DNA of 64,000 nucleotides from Botryllus schlosseri (taxonomy: Eukaryota), in the NCBI GenBank assembly GCA_051294905.1, contig CM119372.1, forward strand, positions 35,590,001-35,654,000. Direction: 5' to 3'. Position numbers and translations under genes: made by a program. The notes beneath the pieces are model-generated. The model saw only the letters and a program-made list of their open reading frames with translations, made no database searches and was not told the DNA's origin. The stretch's first letter is position 1; the number at the start of each line of letters is the position of its first letter. This document shows positions 52,250 to 64,000 of this stretch, piece by piece.

Positions 52250-52827
52250 TAGTAGAGCGTGCGCCTCATCGCGGAGCGTTCTACGAGAGAATGAATCGCT
52301 CTCTTAAAGAGCCGCTTCGGAAGATATTGGGTAAGGCCAGTTTAACCTACGTTGAGATGTATACCGTTCTTACAGACATCGAATGTGCCCTCAATCAAAG
52401 ACCGCTGACCTATTTGGGTGCAGACTCCGGGAATCCACAGGCTATTACGCCGGCTCATCTTTGCATTGGACGTCCGCTTGGTCAACTGCCGTACTTACCT
52501 ACAAGCGCCAACGTCACAAAGCGGTTCCGATATCTGCAGACCCTGCTCAAACACTTTTGGACAAGGTGGAGCAAGGAGTATCTTCCTTCGTTGCTTCGAC
52601 GAAACAAATGGAACATTCAACAAAGAGCTCCGAAGATAGGAGATGTCTGCCTTATTGCAGAAGACGGGCGCAACAGACCGAGTTGGCTCACGGCACGAGT
52701 CATCAATACGATTGAAGGCAAAGATGGCCTTGTAAGGACGCTCAAGTTGAAAACGGCAAAAAGCATATTGACTCGCCCCATTCAGAAAATTCATCTGTTA
52801 GAACCTGTTGACTGACTACTGTCGGTC

Positions 52828-52849
52828 AAGGGGGGGGGGGGGGGGAGGA
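52828..52849 (+). other. Polypurine tract
   Basis: AA, a long G run, then AGGA directly before the 3' LTR. Confidence 0.9.
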
Positions 52850-53273
52850 TATTGCGACGCAGGAATAGGGTATTGCGGCGACAAGCATTTCGTGGCTAGT
52901 CGGTCTTCACAATGGTTGCAATTGTACTGCAGTACGTCTAATCGTTGGATTGTTATTTAATTTGATTAGTTAATTTAATTGTTGCGTCGTCCGTTCTCGT
53001 TTTCCTTTATATTCCACTGTTGCTGTTTCATTTTCTCCAATCGACTTCTATATCGGATGAGCAAGCAATCTTGCGAATCTCGCCATTTACGTATCATTAT
53101 ATACTGAACAAGCTATTCCATATTCTTCGTCTTTGGCCTGCTTGTATTAGAACAGAAGATATTTGAGATACGCAACGCTTGCCGAGGTCCCATTGCAAGG
53201 TTTAGTGTGCAGAAGACAGGATCCCGACACCTGATAGAGCGCCACTCATTGAATCCAGTGCCGCGTCGGAATA
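52850..53273 (+). repeat. 3' LTR (424 bp)
   Basis: Direct repeat of 35639-36062, followed by TSD ACAGG. Confidence 0.95.
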
Positions 53274-54703
53274 ACAGGTATGATTTGGGCAAAGCATCAT
53301 CGTCTTTTCAGATATATTGCTGGAGTTAGGTATACGTAGGAGTCGCGTTTCTATCAATATATTGAAACCGAATATCTCCAAACGAACGCTTTCGATCGAT
53401 TCCCCTGTAGCGCTTTCGACGGGTGAACTACATACCTATAGATGACTGTATGCTCTCCAATGAATGTTTCATGCGAATTGATCAAGCTGAAGGACGTAAT
53501 AGTGGATTGCAGATGCCGCATTACCAGCGAGCGGCCCGAGGGCGAAGATATCGTGCGTTTCGTTATAGTTAGGTAGAATATCGCGATGAATTGCCTTCTA
53601 ACCAGAACGTATAATGCCTGAGAAAAGAAATGTATAATTATCATGCACGCGTGATATATCTATTGTTGCTATTTTATTAGGTTGCAGAATTGACAGTAGT
53701 AACAAAATTTGTAGTTGATTTCAACCGTTCATATTGAGCCTTTTCATATTGAAACGTAGCTATGGTATAACCGGTACATTGTATTCAGCATCACATCACA
53801 GACTGATGGTTTTCGTCTTTTATAGCTGACAAAACGGAATCTAGCTTTGCACATTCGAATCGAACAATCATGTTCATCGCTTTGATTACTGAGTAGCCTA
53901 AGCACTGAAATCCTTCCCGTGGCTTCTAGCATACGTAAACTGATTCATGGATTTTATCGTGAAAGCGAAATAGGATCACTCAATAACCTTAAGTCGGAGT
54001 TGATATGTTCTGTTACGGATTTAGCAGCAATACTTTTACTGCTAGCTTCCAGTCAGATATCATTTGGACCAAGATTACTGCATAGGCCAAACTGTAGCCG
54101 TGATTCCAGACAATTTGAAATCGCCTGATCCTGCAAACAGTTTCGTGTAAGATTCGGAAGTATGCGAATCCGCTCTATATGCAGGTAAATTAAACGTTAC
54201 TTTTGTTCTTGTTTCATTATGCAACAAAGATATTGTTTTTAGACAACCGCCCGCAACTTCTTATCGCAAAAAGTTCGTTGACTTCCGCATTTCTGATGAT
54301 TTTCGATATGCGATAGTCGGTAAGTCTACCAATTTTGATTGCACTCTCGGACTCACTTGGGAAATTTGATTGGTTAATTTATTGATCGACATTTGATCAC
54401 GTTATCGAATCTGACTATCGGCTGCTATGTGAACAAAGTTACGGTCGCAACCGCTTCGATGCAAAGTCTTGATCATTTCAATTTTCAAGTGCCCTTTGAG
54501 GATTGGCAACTCGAGTTCCATAGCAGAGTACATCTCTTTTTTAACAGCATATGTCATAGTACAACTAATAAGTATAATAAATTCGACTTCTGCAACTTCT
54601 TTAAAATACCATGTTAAAATCGAATCCAAATCTGGTAAAAATCTTCAATCTCGCATTTTACACGCCCGACATTAATGCGCACTGTTATTTTCATACAATA
54701 AAG

Positions 54704-55596
54704 ATTATCTTGACGAAAAAAGAAAGATAAAATATGATGATCCTCTACTGCCAAAAGATACCCACGCGTACGCACGCTATTTGGATGAAACAATCATCGA
54801 TTTGGTGACCGCCGTTTATCTCGGAGAGGAGAATAAGGACGGGATATTGAACCAATTACGGATAGCTTTGACGCCGCTATTGGCGTCGGCAGATGTCGTA
54901 GCATCATGGGGAAAGGTCCTAGATGGTTCGAGGCATGCTCTCGCCGCTATTTTAATGTACACGATCGCCGCGGACCAGTATTTGCACGAAAAACACGACG
55001 CGAAGCCGGCGGTCGAGTGGATATGGTCGCGCACACAGGAGGCTATATCGTGTGCACTCAGGTTGCACCGATGCAAGTCAGTTCTGAACGACTACGTGTT
55101 AGATTACATCATGATCATCTTCGACGCAATGCACGACATTCCCATGTCATACCGAAAGACCATCGCGATGTGCGAGTTCAATCAGTTAATTTTCGAGTTG
55201 ACCGAGGCAGCGAAAAAGTTTGGACGATGCCGCATATGCGCCGAGAAGGGGATTTCATATCGCTGTTCACATTTCTCGTCAGACTTGATGCCGTCATATC
55301 TATCTGCTAACGTTGATGTCGCCGTGGCGTCGCTGTACCATTTTCTACCACACTACGCAGAAACCGTTTTATACGGCGTCCTGTCCGATGCAAAGGAAGC
55401 TAAAGATCATGTTTACGAAACAAGCAGACGCGAAGTGATTGACTATGCGGAAGCCGTTCGGGACCAAATGCCTTTGTTCGGACATAGCAAAAATGTGTTG
55501 CTCATCGCTCGAATTTCTACCTGGATGACGTTTGCTTATTTATTGTGCGTGCTGGTTATCGTCTTTTGCATGTGCTATTCAATATTTACCAGGTGA
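54704..55596 (+). CDS. Unrecognised ~297-codon open frame, probably a terminal exon; helical-looking protein with C-terminal transmembrane segment
   Basis: Stop-free from 54676 to TGA at 55596; more GC-rich than flanks; no ATG near the start but a possible acceptor AATAAAG at ~54703; ends WMTFAYLLCVLVIVFCMCYSIFTR. Confidence 0.6.
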
Positions 55597-55654
55597 ATGG
55601 CGATAATCTAGCACGCGGATAACAACAGTGGGCCCATTTGTAGAAGTATGACAA

Positions 55655-57070
55655 GATAATGTGATGGTAGGGAGTCCGGTTTCTTGATCGGCAGGCCGAG
55701 TCGTGGATTCATTCCAAGGCCGGGTCAGACCCATGACCTGACCAATAACACTGGTGTATGTAGCTTCCCCTTTTGTCGCTGATCATTCTCGGGCAACATG
55801 AGGGGGTGGTGCAAGACTTTACATGGCTATATCTGTACTTTCCTTGTCCAGCGGCATATGCACATCACTCACTCATGGTATGCATTGCATACGCACAGAT
55901 CATGTGTATGTATATCATGAGTGGATGTTTATGCCGCAAAAACATCAAAGATAAAAATATACAACGTCCTACTTCATCTCCAAGGCCCGAGATCAGCCGA
56001 AATTATATGATGTAAATCCTGTTTCAGATTTCATATCCAAATCGTAATCCAGAATTCATTCGAAACATGTCCGAGTCCACGCAACGGTTGAACTTTATTC
56101 ATGCCCGAGCTGAATTTCATAATCGGCTCAAATGATAACAAGAGAGATCGTTTCAGGTTAGCCCAGTTGCCTGGTTGCCACAGCGGATCAGTGCTCAGCG
56201 ATCAGCGTCGGGCAACTGAAGTTTTTTTATGTGGCATTCCTTCCCCAAAGCTTACCAAGTAACCGGGCTTGGGGCCGGAAAGTTAGCCTGGATCTGACTG
56301 CCGACCTCTCATTTCCGATGTATTGGTGTAACCATTGTGCTACTGCTTCTGTGACTTTATTATACGTTGTAAACTCAAATCTCTCCGAAATCTTCGCATC
56401 GGAATTTTTCGAAGTCAAACCCACCTTTATAGGCTTAAGGTGGATAAATGGGAAGCTGTTGATAGGTATTTACTGCCAATTTGTACCTCCCTCACAAATT
56501 TACCGACTCGAAAGTCACGCTTTATACATAAAACAACCGGACCCCTCCCATTACTATAGTCTCAGCATTCACACGTCAATAGTGCGTCAACTATAGGTGT
56601 ACGGAAAATATGCTCAAACTCTATTTCCTGATATTCTGTGAAACCATCAATGTCAAATGTCAATGGCGGACCAATTTATAGGCGAATGTATGGCACATTT
56701 TCTCGGAGGACCGACGGCAGCTACCGGATGTTAAAAGCCATCGGTTTATTGCAAACCAGACGTACACGATATTGCGATTACCTGTCATATATTGTGAGTT
56801 GGATGGAATATTAAACTGTGACTGCAAAAATTTCTATGGTTTATTTAGTGTATTGGACATGCAAACAGTTACATCCTCACGGAAAAGTAGTGTTTCAAAT
56901 TAGTGACGTCAGGGGTTCGTTTTCACAGCGAGATAGTGTACTGTTGATGAGTCCGGCTTCTTGATCGGTAAGTCGTCGGCTCGATCACCGGCCAGTTCAG
57001 ACCCAAGACTCAAAAACTGGTATCCGCAGCTATCCTGCTAAGCGCTCAGCTTCCACAATTAGCAGGGGGA
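55655..57070. mobile_element. Cluster of decayed tRNA-derived SINE copies (~55655-55960 +, ~56230-56350 -, ~56925-57070 +)
   Basis: Degenerate A/B-box-like heads; GAGTCCGG.TTCTTGATCGG and CAGACCCA shared by two copies. The tail ...GCAAAAACATCAAAGA.AAAAAT recurs at ~260, ~7735, ~15865 and ~55935. Confidence 0.5.
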
Positions 57071-58526
57071 GAAAAAACGTGGGTGCTAGGTGACCTTACG
57101 GTAGGGTTGCCATACGTCCGGAATTTCCCGGACATATCCGGAATTTCACTGTTAAAACTGCGTCCGGGAGGAATTTCTGAAATATGCCTAAATGTCCGGA
57201 ATTTTGAAGTAAGCTCATAATTTTTTCCTGAATCAACATAAACAATATTATACAATATTATTTTTGAGCAGATGTATACGCTACATGGAATTTACGGTGA
57301 GCACAACTATAATAAATAAACAAAGAATCGGTCACCGTAAATACCATTTTATTCAAATCCAAATTTTTCAACGGCAATAACTCCGCTTCCACTGGTTGGA
57401 ATTGAACCAAATTTGGTGAGCATCGTTTCTATAGACAGCCTAACACTTTCATGGGGTGAACAAAAAATTTTCAAATTTTTCATTATTTATTTCTATATAA
57501 TAAATATAAACTTTCTTCTCCTGTAGCGAAGCGTTTACTGGCTGGAATTGAACCAAATTTTGTGTCTAGGCTTAAATTAGGTACCCTAACAATTTTATCA
57601 AGTAGCCAGTACGATTTGAGAAAACAAAAGTCATTTTTGAAGAGCCCAATTCTGCAGCTTTGTATCAGCCAAAGAACCATTGGTCTCCTAGAGATATGTT
57701 GATGCTTTCGGGAACATGTAAGAGTCGTGTTGCAATCAATATGTCGATGATTATGATCGCAAAACGGGCCTGCTACTCCTTGCTGCGACTTTGACAGATG
57801 CTCAATACGCCAATCGATCCCGGTATGCTTTCCAATCAACATCGTGTAAGAATTGATCGAACTGGCTGACATATACCCAAGGGCTGTTGCGTTAGTTCGG
57901 CAGCTTACCGCTGTATACTGTAGCTTAAACCGAACTCATGCTGACTAAGGAGATACAGGAATGATTGTTCAGCAGCCATCAGAGAGATACAGTAGCTATT
58001 TTATTGAGATTAGGATTTTACGCCAGAAGTATATAAATGAAATATTTATAGGTCTAGTTCGTTTCGACCGTTCACACATGACAAATTAGAACGCAGCAGT
58101 AGCGCCAGTAAATTAATATAAGCACCATATCACAATATTATAATATTTCTGTTTTCCAATCTCTAAAAGTGCATATTAGCATCGAAGAAACCTGATTGTA
58201 ACTTTGAATACACAAAGGGAACTGATATTTTGTCTCCCTGAGTTCAAGCATAAGCCAAGGTATATTACCTCATGGATTCTACTGCATGGTTTCTAGATTC
58301 ATCCTATGGGATAATCTTGAGTGAACGATGATCTGTTTCTTGTTACATGTTCATGACTAATATTATTTCTGCAATCATTCGGTCTGCTATCATTTTGAAC
58401 CTAATTTCACTGCTGCGTTCTATAAATAGTCGTCATTTTCAAGGCAATTTGATATCTCTGGATCTTGAAAAATGGTTCGTACAGGATATGAAAAGAGGCA
58501 GGTCTTTGCTCCATTCAGGTAAATTA

Positions 58527-59454
58527 GGGAGATGTGGTACTGATGGATCAAAAATTGGAAAATGATCGCTGGCCCCAAAATGTTCAGCCGAAAACGGCAG
58601 ATCTTTGGCGGGCTAGGAACTTTGATACAAGCTCTACCTACCGCTCACATATACACGATTATCCGTCTTTTCAAAAAATATTTATGAGTGTTTAAAATTT
58701 GTTGCTCGAACGTATCATCGGTCCCCATCCGGTGGGTCCAATGACACACGACCCGGCGACCTATGAGACATACTCTCAAAAACTCAGATGTTATAACTTT
58801 TCTTGCTGTGTATTATAATCTAAGCTACAGCAAGCCAAAGAAGCATGTTTGGTCGCAACCGTAAAAAAAAAAGAATTTATATCAACTCAAATGAAATCAC
58901 GTTTCGATTTAGGCTCGAACTTAGAAATTTTAGGGTATATACATATTGGCCGAAAATCAACATTGTGACTTCCAAATACCTCGTTATCGCGATAAAACAT
59001 CACATGCAATTATTACATAAAGATTTTCTGTACGTAAGCATGTTTCAGTTGTTGCATGATTAGTATGCTTGATTATTTTGCTTGATTTGGCTATTGTATT
59101 ATCGGTCACCACCCTACGAATTTTATACATGAATCGGAAAAAATTCCACTCAAGGAAGGTATTGAATAAAATACTATGTGCAATTATATAGCCTGAGAAA
59201 AATGTATGTGTCGATCGAAATTTAGTTCACCCCCCCCCCCCCAACCCCCCCCCCCCACCCACCCCTCAAAAAAAAACAGAAACATCTGTCAGAGACCCCA
59301 TAGCTCGCGCACGTCGAAAAGTTTTGTATGTGAGGAAAGATTTTGCCAGAATGCAATTGTAGACAAGCTCACGGAGTATAATCATGGAATTATCATGGAG
59401 AATTTTTTCGAGAAGTATTTTCGGTCCCAGTGATCAATCGGTACCACATCTCCC
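58527..59454. mobile_element. Second, more diverged copy of the 47589-48550 family in opposite orientation
   Basis: GGGAGATGTGGTACTGATGGATCA...TGATCAATCGGTACCACATCTCCC; internal sequence resembles the reverse complement of 47589-48550. Confidence 0.88.
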
Positions 59455-61458
59455 TCTATGTTACTAGTACATTGTGCTTTCTACAATTTCTGAAGTGTAT
59501 TTAGATATATGCCGACCGCTGTTTTTCTTGAAAAGTACAAAAAGTACCGTGTTTCCGATGAATTTCGATCTTCGATAGTTGGTGAGTGAACTCGTTTTCA
59601 TTGCACTGTCGGACTCAAACTGTTGGCAGATGATTGGTTAATGTATTGTTTAATCTTTTATTCTGTGACCGCATTTCACTATTGGCTGCTTATACAAGCG
59701 AAATTAGAGTTGCATCTGCATGTACAGTCAATTTCGGAACGTCAGGGAAAGAGGATTTATAGCTGCAAACTTTTAAACTAATGCCTTGAATGAGCCGCGA
59801 GTGTGATTATAAAGCAATATTATTTCTTGTATGTAACAGCATAAATCATGATAAAATGGATATTTTAAAATAAATATCATTGCTTCGTAAATCTTGCTAA
59901 GCTATAGGTTGTGTCAAAATTTACTCGAAATCCGGTAAAAATCAATATTTTTCCAAAATATTCAATTCGGAACCATGCTCATCGATATGTAAAATGCTTT
60001 AACTATGCCATTCAAGCTAACATGTTCCGAATTGCACGATCCTACCGTCACAAATGAATTTTCAGGGAGGTGAAGGTGAATGAACGGAAGCTCGGTTGAT
60101 TGGAAAGACGTGGTTGTGTACTGATCCGAATAACGTGTTAATTTGTACATTGTGTTAAAATGGGTTTATGTCTTGACTCGTGTGGTATTTGTGCGTAATG
60201 CTTGATTGCCCAATTATGTCTAAGGTTCAATTAATTCTTCACACATTTGCGGTTAGTTCGGTTTGCTTGGTGGTGGTCTTGTATTGATTGCGAATTTGAT
60301 TACGACGTTTTTGTTTAATCCGTCACCGATGGTCATCGTTGCAGCAAATTAAAATCTGTCAGAGTGATATTAGCAATATTTCCTTATCTCTGACGGGGGA
60401 TATTGATTGCACTTTTCAGGCTAATTACCTGTCATGGACGTACACAATGACCAAAATCGAGTATCAATGCTTCCAATGTCTCGTGACACTACTCGCAAAT
60501 AACTTCTATTTCTCAATTTATGGGATATCATTTAAAGGTGGATTAGTAAATTCTCTACGTGCAGTCCCGACATATATCTCTTGTTATATGATCGGCTGTA
60601 GCAGTGGTTCGCAACCGAGTGCCGATTGGATTGCTTAGAGATCCGTGAGTAAATGAGGTAAACAGAATTCCGGTTGATATATACCTCAAGTGAAGGACAT
60701 CCAAATTATCAGTTGCAATGAGGAAGCTAATGATATCATCAGCAATATGTGTTTGTACGCGAAGGAGGTGAAGACAACAGGCAAGAAGTCGCCCGCCGCT
60801 TGAATGACTTTGATATAGATTTGTTACTGTCGATCACCCTGCAACTGTAATCTTACGCAGAGGCCGGTATTGGTCTGCCGTGATTTTGACGGAGGTTAAT
60901 ACCGGCATTGTTGGCAAGATTTCTTATGGTGTATCTTGATGATGAATCTAACACAGTGCCAAGTTTTAAGTTTCACACACGACGCTTTGCGCGTGAGCAT
61001 GCGTTCTGATTTGTTTGATCAACATGGAATAATAGTGGATCGCGAACTGAAAATGTTCGGGAAGCTCTGATTTAGTCTATATTCATTACTGGATTCAGAA
61101 TAAGCGATGACGCAATCTGTAATTTTAATATCTTGCAAAATGCAACGACTTTGAATCATGCCTCGGTCTTCGAATATTCGACTTGCCTTGAATCGGTCAC
61201 TTTCAAAATTCAGCAACTTGACTAGACTCGAAAAGCGAACATTGGATTCTGTCCGATTTTATGCTGAATCCAAAAATGCCGAATAAAATTGCTGGTGGGA
61301 TCCAGTTCAAATATAAGTGCCTTTTCATTTTTGTATGTGGATGCATAGGCTACATGACAAATCGGTGCGTTTTAATAAATACAAACGCTATAATCCACAA
61401 ACACTTTACTAATTGCATGCATTTATATTTAAGTAGAGCATTCGCATGGAAGCGAATA

Positions 61459-63045
61459 CAGTCATCTCCCGGTTAAGTACGCAACTTGATCTTAAGTAGT
61501 TTGTGCGAACTTATGTGGTAGGGCGTACTTAGCAGATATGCAGTCACCTAGTGCACCCAATACACAGATTTTGCATTTATTACGTCATTCTATATCTTTG
61601 GATTGATAGCATGCGCCGTGCAAGTCATCCCGTTCCCCCTCACTGGTCATTGCAAAAGCTAAACAAATCGGTCAATAATTATCGATATCAGAAGTTGATT
61701 TTCAAGCGTCGTGGCAGTGGCTTAGCCGATTCTTCATGGTGAAGGAGCTGACGTGGACAAGGAAGAGTTAAAGGTATTGGCTGCTTTGAATGATTTACAT
61801 GCTATAATTGCACGATACGATCCTGAAAATGTCTAGGCTATCACACGGAGGAAACTGCGGCCCTAGCCCCAAATATTTCAATGCCTTCTTTACCTCGGAA
61901 TCAAAAGCGCACAAGTACAACACACGTGCTTCCACGTCGTCCAGGTATCATATGATCGACCGAAAAGATCATCGCTTTATCAAATATGTCGGACCTGATG
62001 TGTGGAACAGTATCCCGCCGGTCATCCGACAGTCGATGACCACGTCCACATTCAAGTCGAAATGCAACCAATTACTACTAAATAACCACGACCTGACCTA
62101 TCGATCTCACCATCCATGACATGCCACGTCATTGCTTGTCGCTTGCTTTTTTCTATACTGTCTTCTTTTACTTTTCATTCGGTGTGCATGCCTCCTCTTT
62201 ACATCGATTAGGCCAATGTGGGTGTCTGATTCCATAGACTAGCCTACACCTTCCTATATTTTCATTGTATCGCATTGTGGTGTATTGAACTGATAAAAAT
62301 GGCTAATAAACCAATGATGATGATGATGAAGCATGGGTTGTTGTTTCGTCTGCTACCTAGATATACCATGCTTAGCTTATGCCATTCGAAGATCTCAGCA
62401 GCATCCGTGGGAAGGAGAAAGCTAATGACCGTATGTCTCTGTGTCGACACAGACACATAATTGTACTGTTTGGAAACAGCCATGTGACATGGGAATCATC
62501 GTGGCACTGAAGAAGAGGTACACATATTCGTATCTCAGGGAGGTTCTGGATTTATAGGAGGTTGGCGAGAATTTGAAGACCCACAAGCTAAAAGATTACC
62601 CAGAGGGACAGCAGGTGTTGCTCAAGGGAACCCTGCTCATTTGTTGGATGCTGCTTATAAGCCAGCATTAGTTTAATATTGGATGCGTCGGCGGTAAGAA
62701 ACTAATTTACCGAGGCTCCACTCTGTAGGAGTGTGGCGTTGATGAAGAAACTATAACTTCATGTGTGACATGTCGGAGATTTTGCGCTATTTTTGGTCTA
62801 TGGATATTTCGATTCACAGAGACGAGCTAGAAGGATTTATGCGTGTTGAAGATGAGGATAACGAAAAGTATTCACAGGCGATTGTTAAGTTGACGTTTAA
62901 CATTTCCTGGCATCAAGTTACTTGTGCTTGCTGTTTAAAATGAATGAATTGTTGAAAAAGTTGAACCCAGACTTTGTGAAGAATTTTTGCGTACTTATCT
63001 GGGATGCGAACTTAAACGGGTGCGTACTTAACCGGGAGTTAACTG
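61459..63045 (+). mobile_element. Degenerate pogo/Tigger (Tc1-mariner) element with a nested LINE 3' end (~61860-62330)
   Basis: TA-flanked TIRs CAGTCATCTCCCGGTTAAGTACGCA / TGCGTACTTAACCGGGAGTTAACTG; PCDMGIIVALKKRY remnant ~62480; nested piece encodes HKYNTR...KYVGPDVWNSIP and ends AATAAA..(ATG)n. Confidence 0.8.
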
Positions 63046-63204
63046 TATCGCTGCGGAAAACCTATAAACTTCATCCGGCAGAGCTCAGACCGATATAGGG
63101 ATACGCACGGTCCTATGTCAAACCCCTGTGAACTGACCTATAGTCCCTATGCAATGTTATGGGACAGTGCTCTTCAACCTTTTTTGCATTGGTGGGTCTC
63201 TTAA

Positions 63205-64000
63205 CCCTAGACTGCTCAGGTTGGGGTCAAAAAGACCCCAGGCGAACAAAAATGTGAGCCATATTTTTTTGTGCGGTCGGATTGTTCTTTCCAGACATGT
63301 AATCCTCAATGGTGTTACACACTATCATTCGGAATAAAGCATTAGCTGATTATCGCTAATACCTCGCCGCAATGAGCTATTGATTGCGCATGGGTCTGAT
63401 TTTGCAAGTATAGTTGGCAGACTAAGTAATTATCTCCTCATTGTGATCGGATGGATTTCGACTTTTAGTTGCTGTTTGGCATTGGTTCTGTCACTTGCAG
63501 TCTACGAGATGATCAAGAAAATCCTGAAGAAGGTGAAGCTGGCAGTGATGGGTGGTTAGGAAAAGACGGTACCACGTTTCGGAGAAAGACTGCTCCGACT
63601 GCCAGTCGAAGTGCAGCGAATATGATAAAGTTTTCACCGGGTCTCACTGGGCCCGCACTAGAAGCTGATAACTGCATTGATTATTGGAAGCTCTTCTTTA
63701 CACCACAAGTGATAGATTTACTTGTTGAATTTACAAACAAGAAGACACCTGAAGAAGCCCAAAACTACAAAGAGAAGTGCAGGGTAGGGCCAAGTAATTC
63801 GGTGGAGATGGAAGCTGTCATTGGTCTTCTTCTTCTGACTGGGGTTCATAAAGCTCATGATTGTCACTTGATGAGTTTTGATATCTTCAAGGTAACAATG
63901 TCATGCGAAAGATTCCGATTCACTTTGCGATGTCTTCGGCTTGATGACATTACCACACGCGAAGATAGAAAAAATGACAAATTTGCGATAATTCGAACAA
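63205..64000 (+). mobile_element. piggyBac transposon 5' part with PGBD-type transposase frame running off the window end; inserted in a hAT MITE starting at 63165
   Basis: TTAA|CCCTAG terminus; open frame from ~63500: WLGKDGTTF...YWKLFFTPQVIDLLVEFTN...EMEAVIGLLLLTG...TMSCERFRFTLRCLRLDD. Confidence 0.85.

Larger units (their letters stand above)
36214..52815 (+). pseudogene. Interrupted BEL gag-pol polyprotein, reconstructed as join(36214..39258,47273..47588,48553..49820,50435..50968,52258..52815) = 1907 codons
   Basis: SAP-like N-terminus, DUF1759-like Gag, three Cys/His knuckles, protease FDSFSQKSFI, RT (LRIVFDAS, GDIKKMF, MFGITSSPF, VDD), RNase H (LHGFADASEAAYG, ENPADLHSRG), integrase (H..H..CITC, DFTGP, YERMNRSLK). 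One in-frame TGA at 49170-49172. Confidence 0.93.
35639..53273 (+). mobile_element. Full-length BEL/Pao LTR retrotransposon with four nested insertions
   Basis: Two 424-bp LTRs, 5-bp TSD ACAGG (35634-35638, 53274-53278), PPT abutting the 3' LTR, domain order Gag-PR-RT-RH-IN with BEL-type motifs. Confidence 0.96.

Noticed and set aside
227..55960. Recurrent CRKNIKDKN peptide (~260, ~7735, ~15865, ~55935) as a gene family
   Set aside because: Similarity is at nucleotide level in differing frames and contexts, consistent with a dispersed SINE-like tail.
56230..57000. tRNA genes
   Set aside because: Only degenerate A/B-box-like heads without a full cloverleaf; treated as SINE heads.
60300..61230. 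Protein-like minus-strand fragments
   Set aside because: Multiple stops in all frames and no family recognised; possibly decayed coding DNA but unsupported.

Overview
Eukaryotic (metazoan, probably invertebrate) genomic DNA rich in transposable elements; most entries in the ORF track are noise. Main contents: (1) A near-identical 7,475-bp tandem duplication (1-6677 recurs at 7476-14152, junction 6677/6678) carrying an orphan terminal exon of a rhamnose-binding (SUEL) lectin paralogue. (2) A complete 7-exon gene (14752-28430, +) for a secreted 313-aa lectin with three SUEL/RBL domains, reconstructed by hand from splice sites. Its introns hold Chapaev3-like, Penelope-like, piggyBac-like and hAT elements. 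(3) A full-length BEL/Pao LTR retrotransposon (35639-53273; 424-bp LTRs, ACAGG TSD) whose gag-pol ORF is split by four DNA-transposon insertions, one an 8-kb composite carrying a LINE. It has non-canonical TA...TA termini and no tRNA-type PBS; the 10 nt directly after the 5' LTR are the exact reverse complement of a 10-mer inside the LTR, the geometry of Tf1-type self-priming. This is the most novel-looking signal here. (4) An unrecognised ~300-codon ORF with a C-terminal transmembrane segment (~54704-55596). (5) Pogo, SINE, LINE and piggyBac remnants at the right end. All coordinates were counted by eye and no database searches were run.
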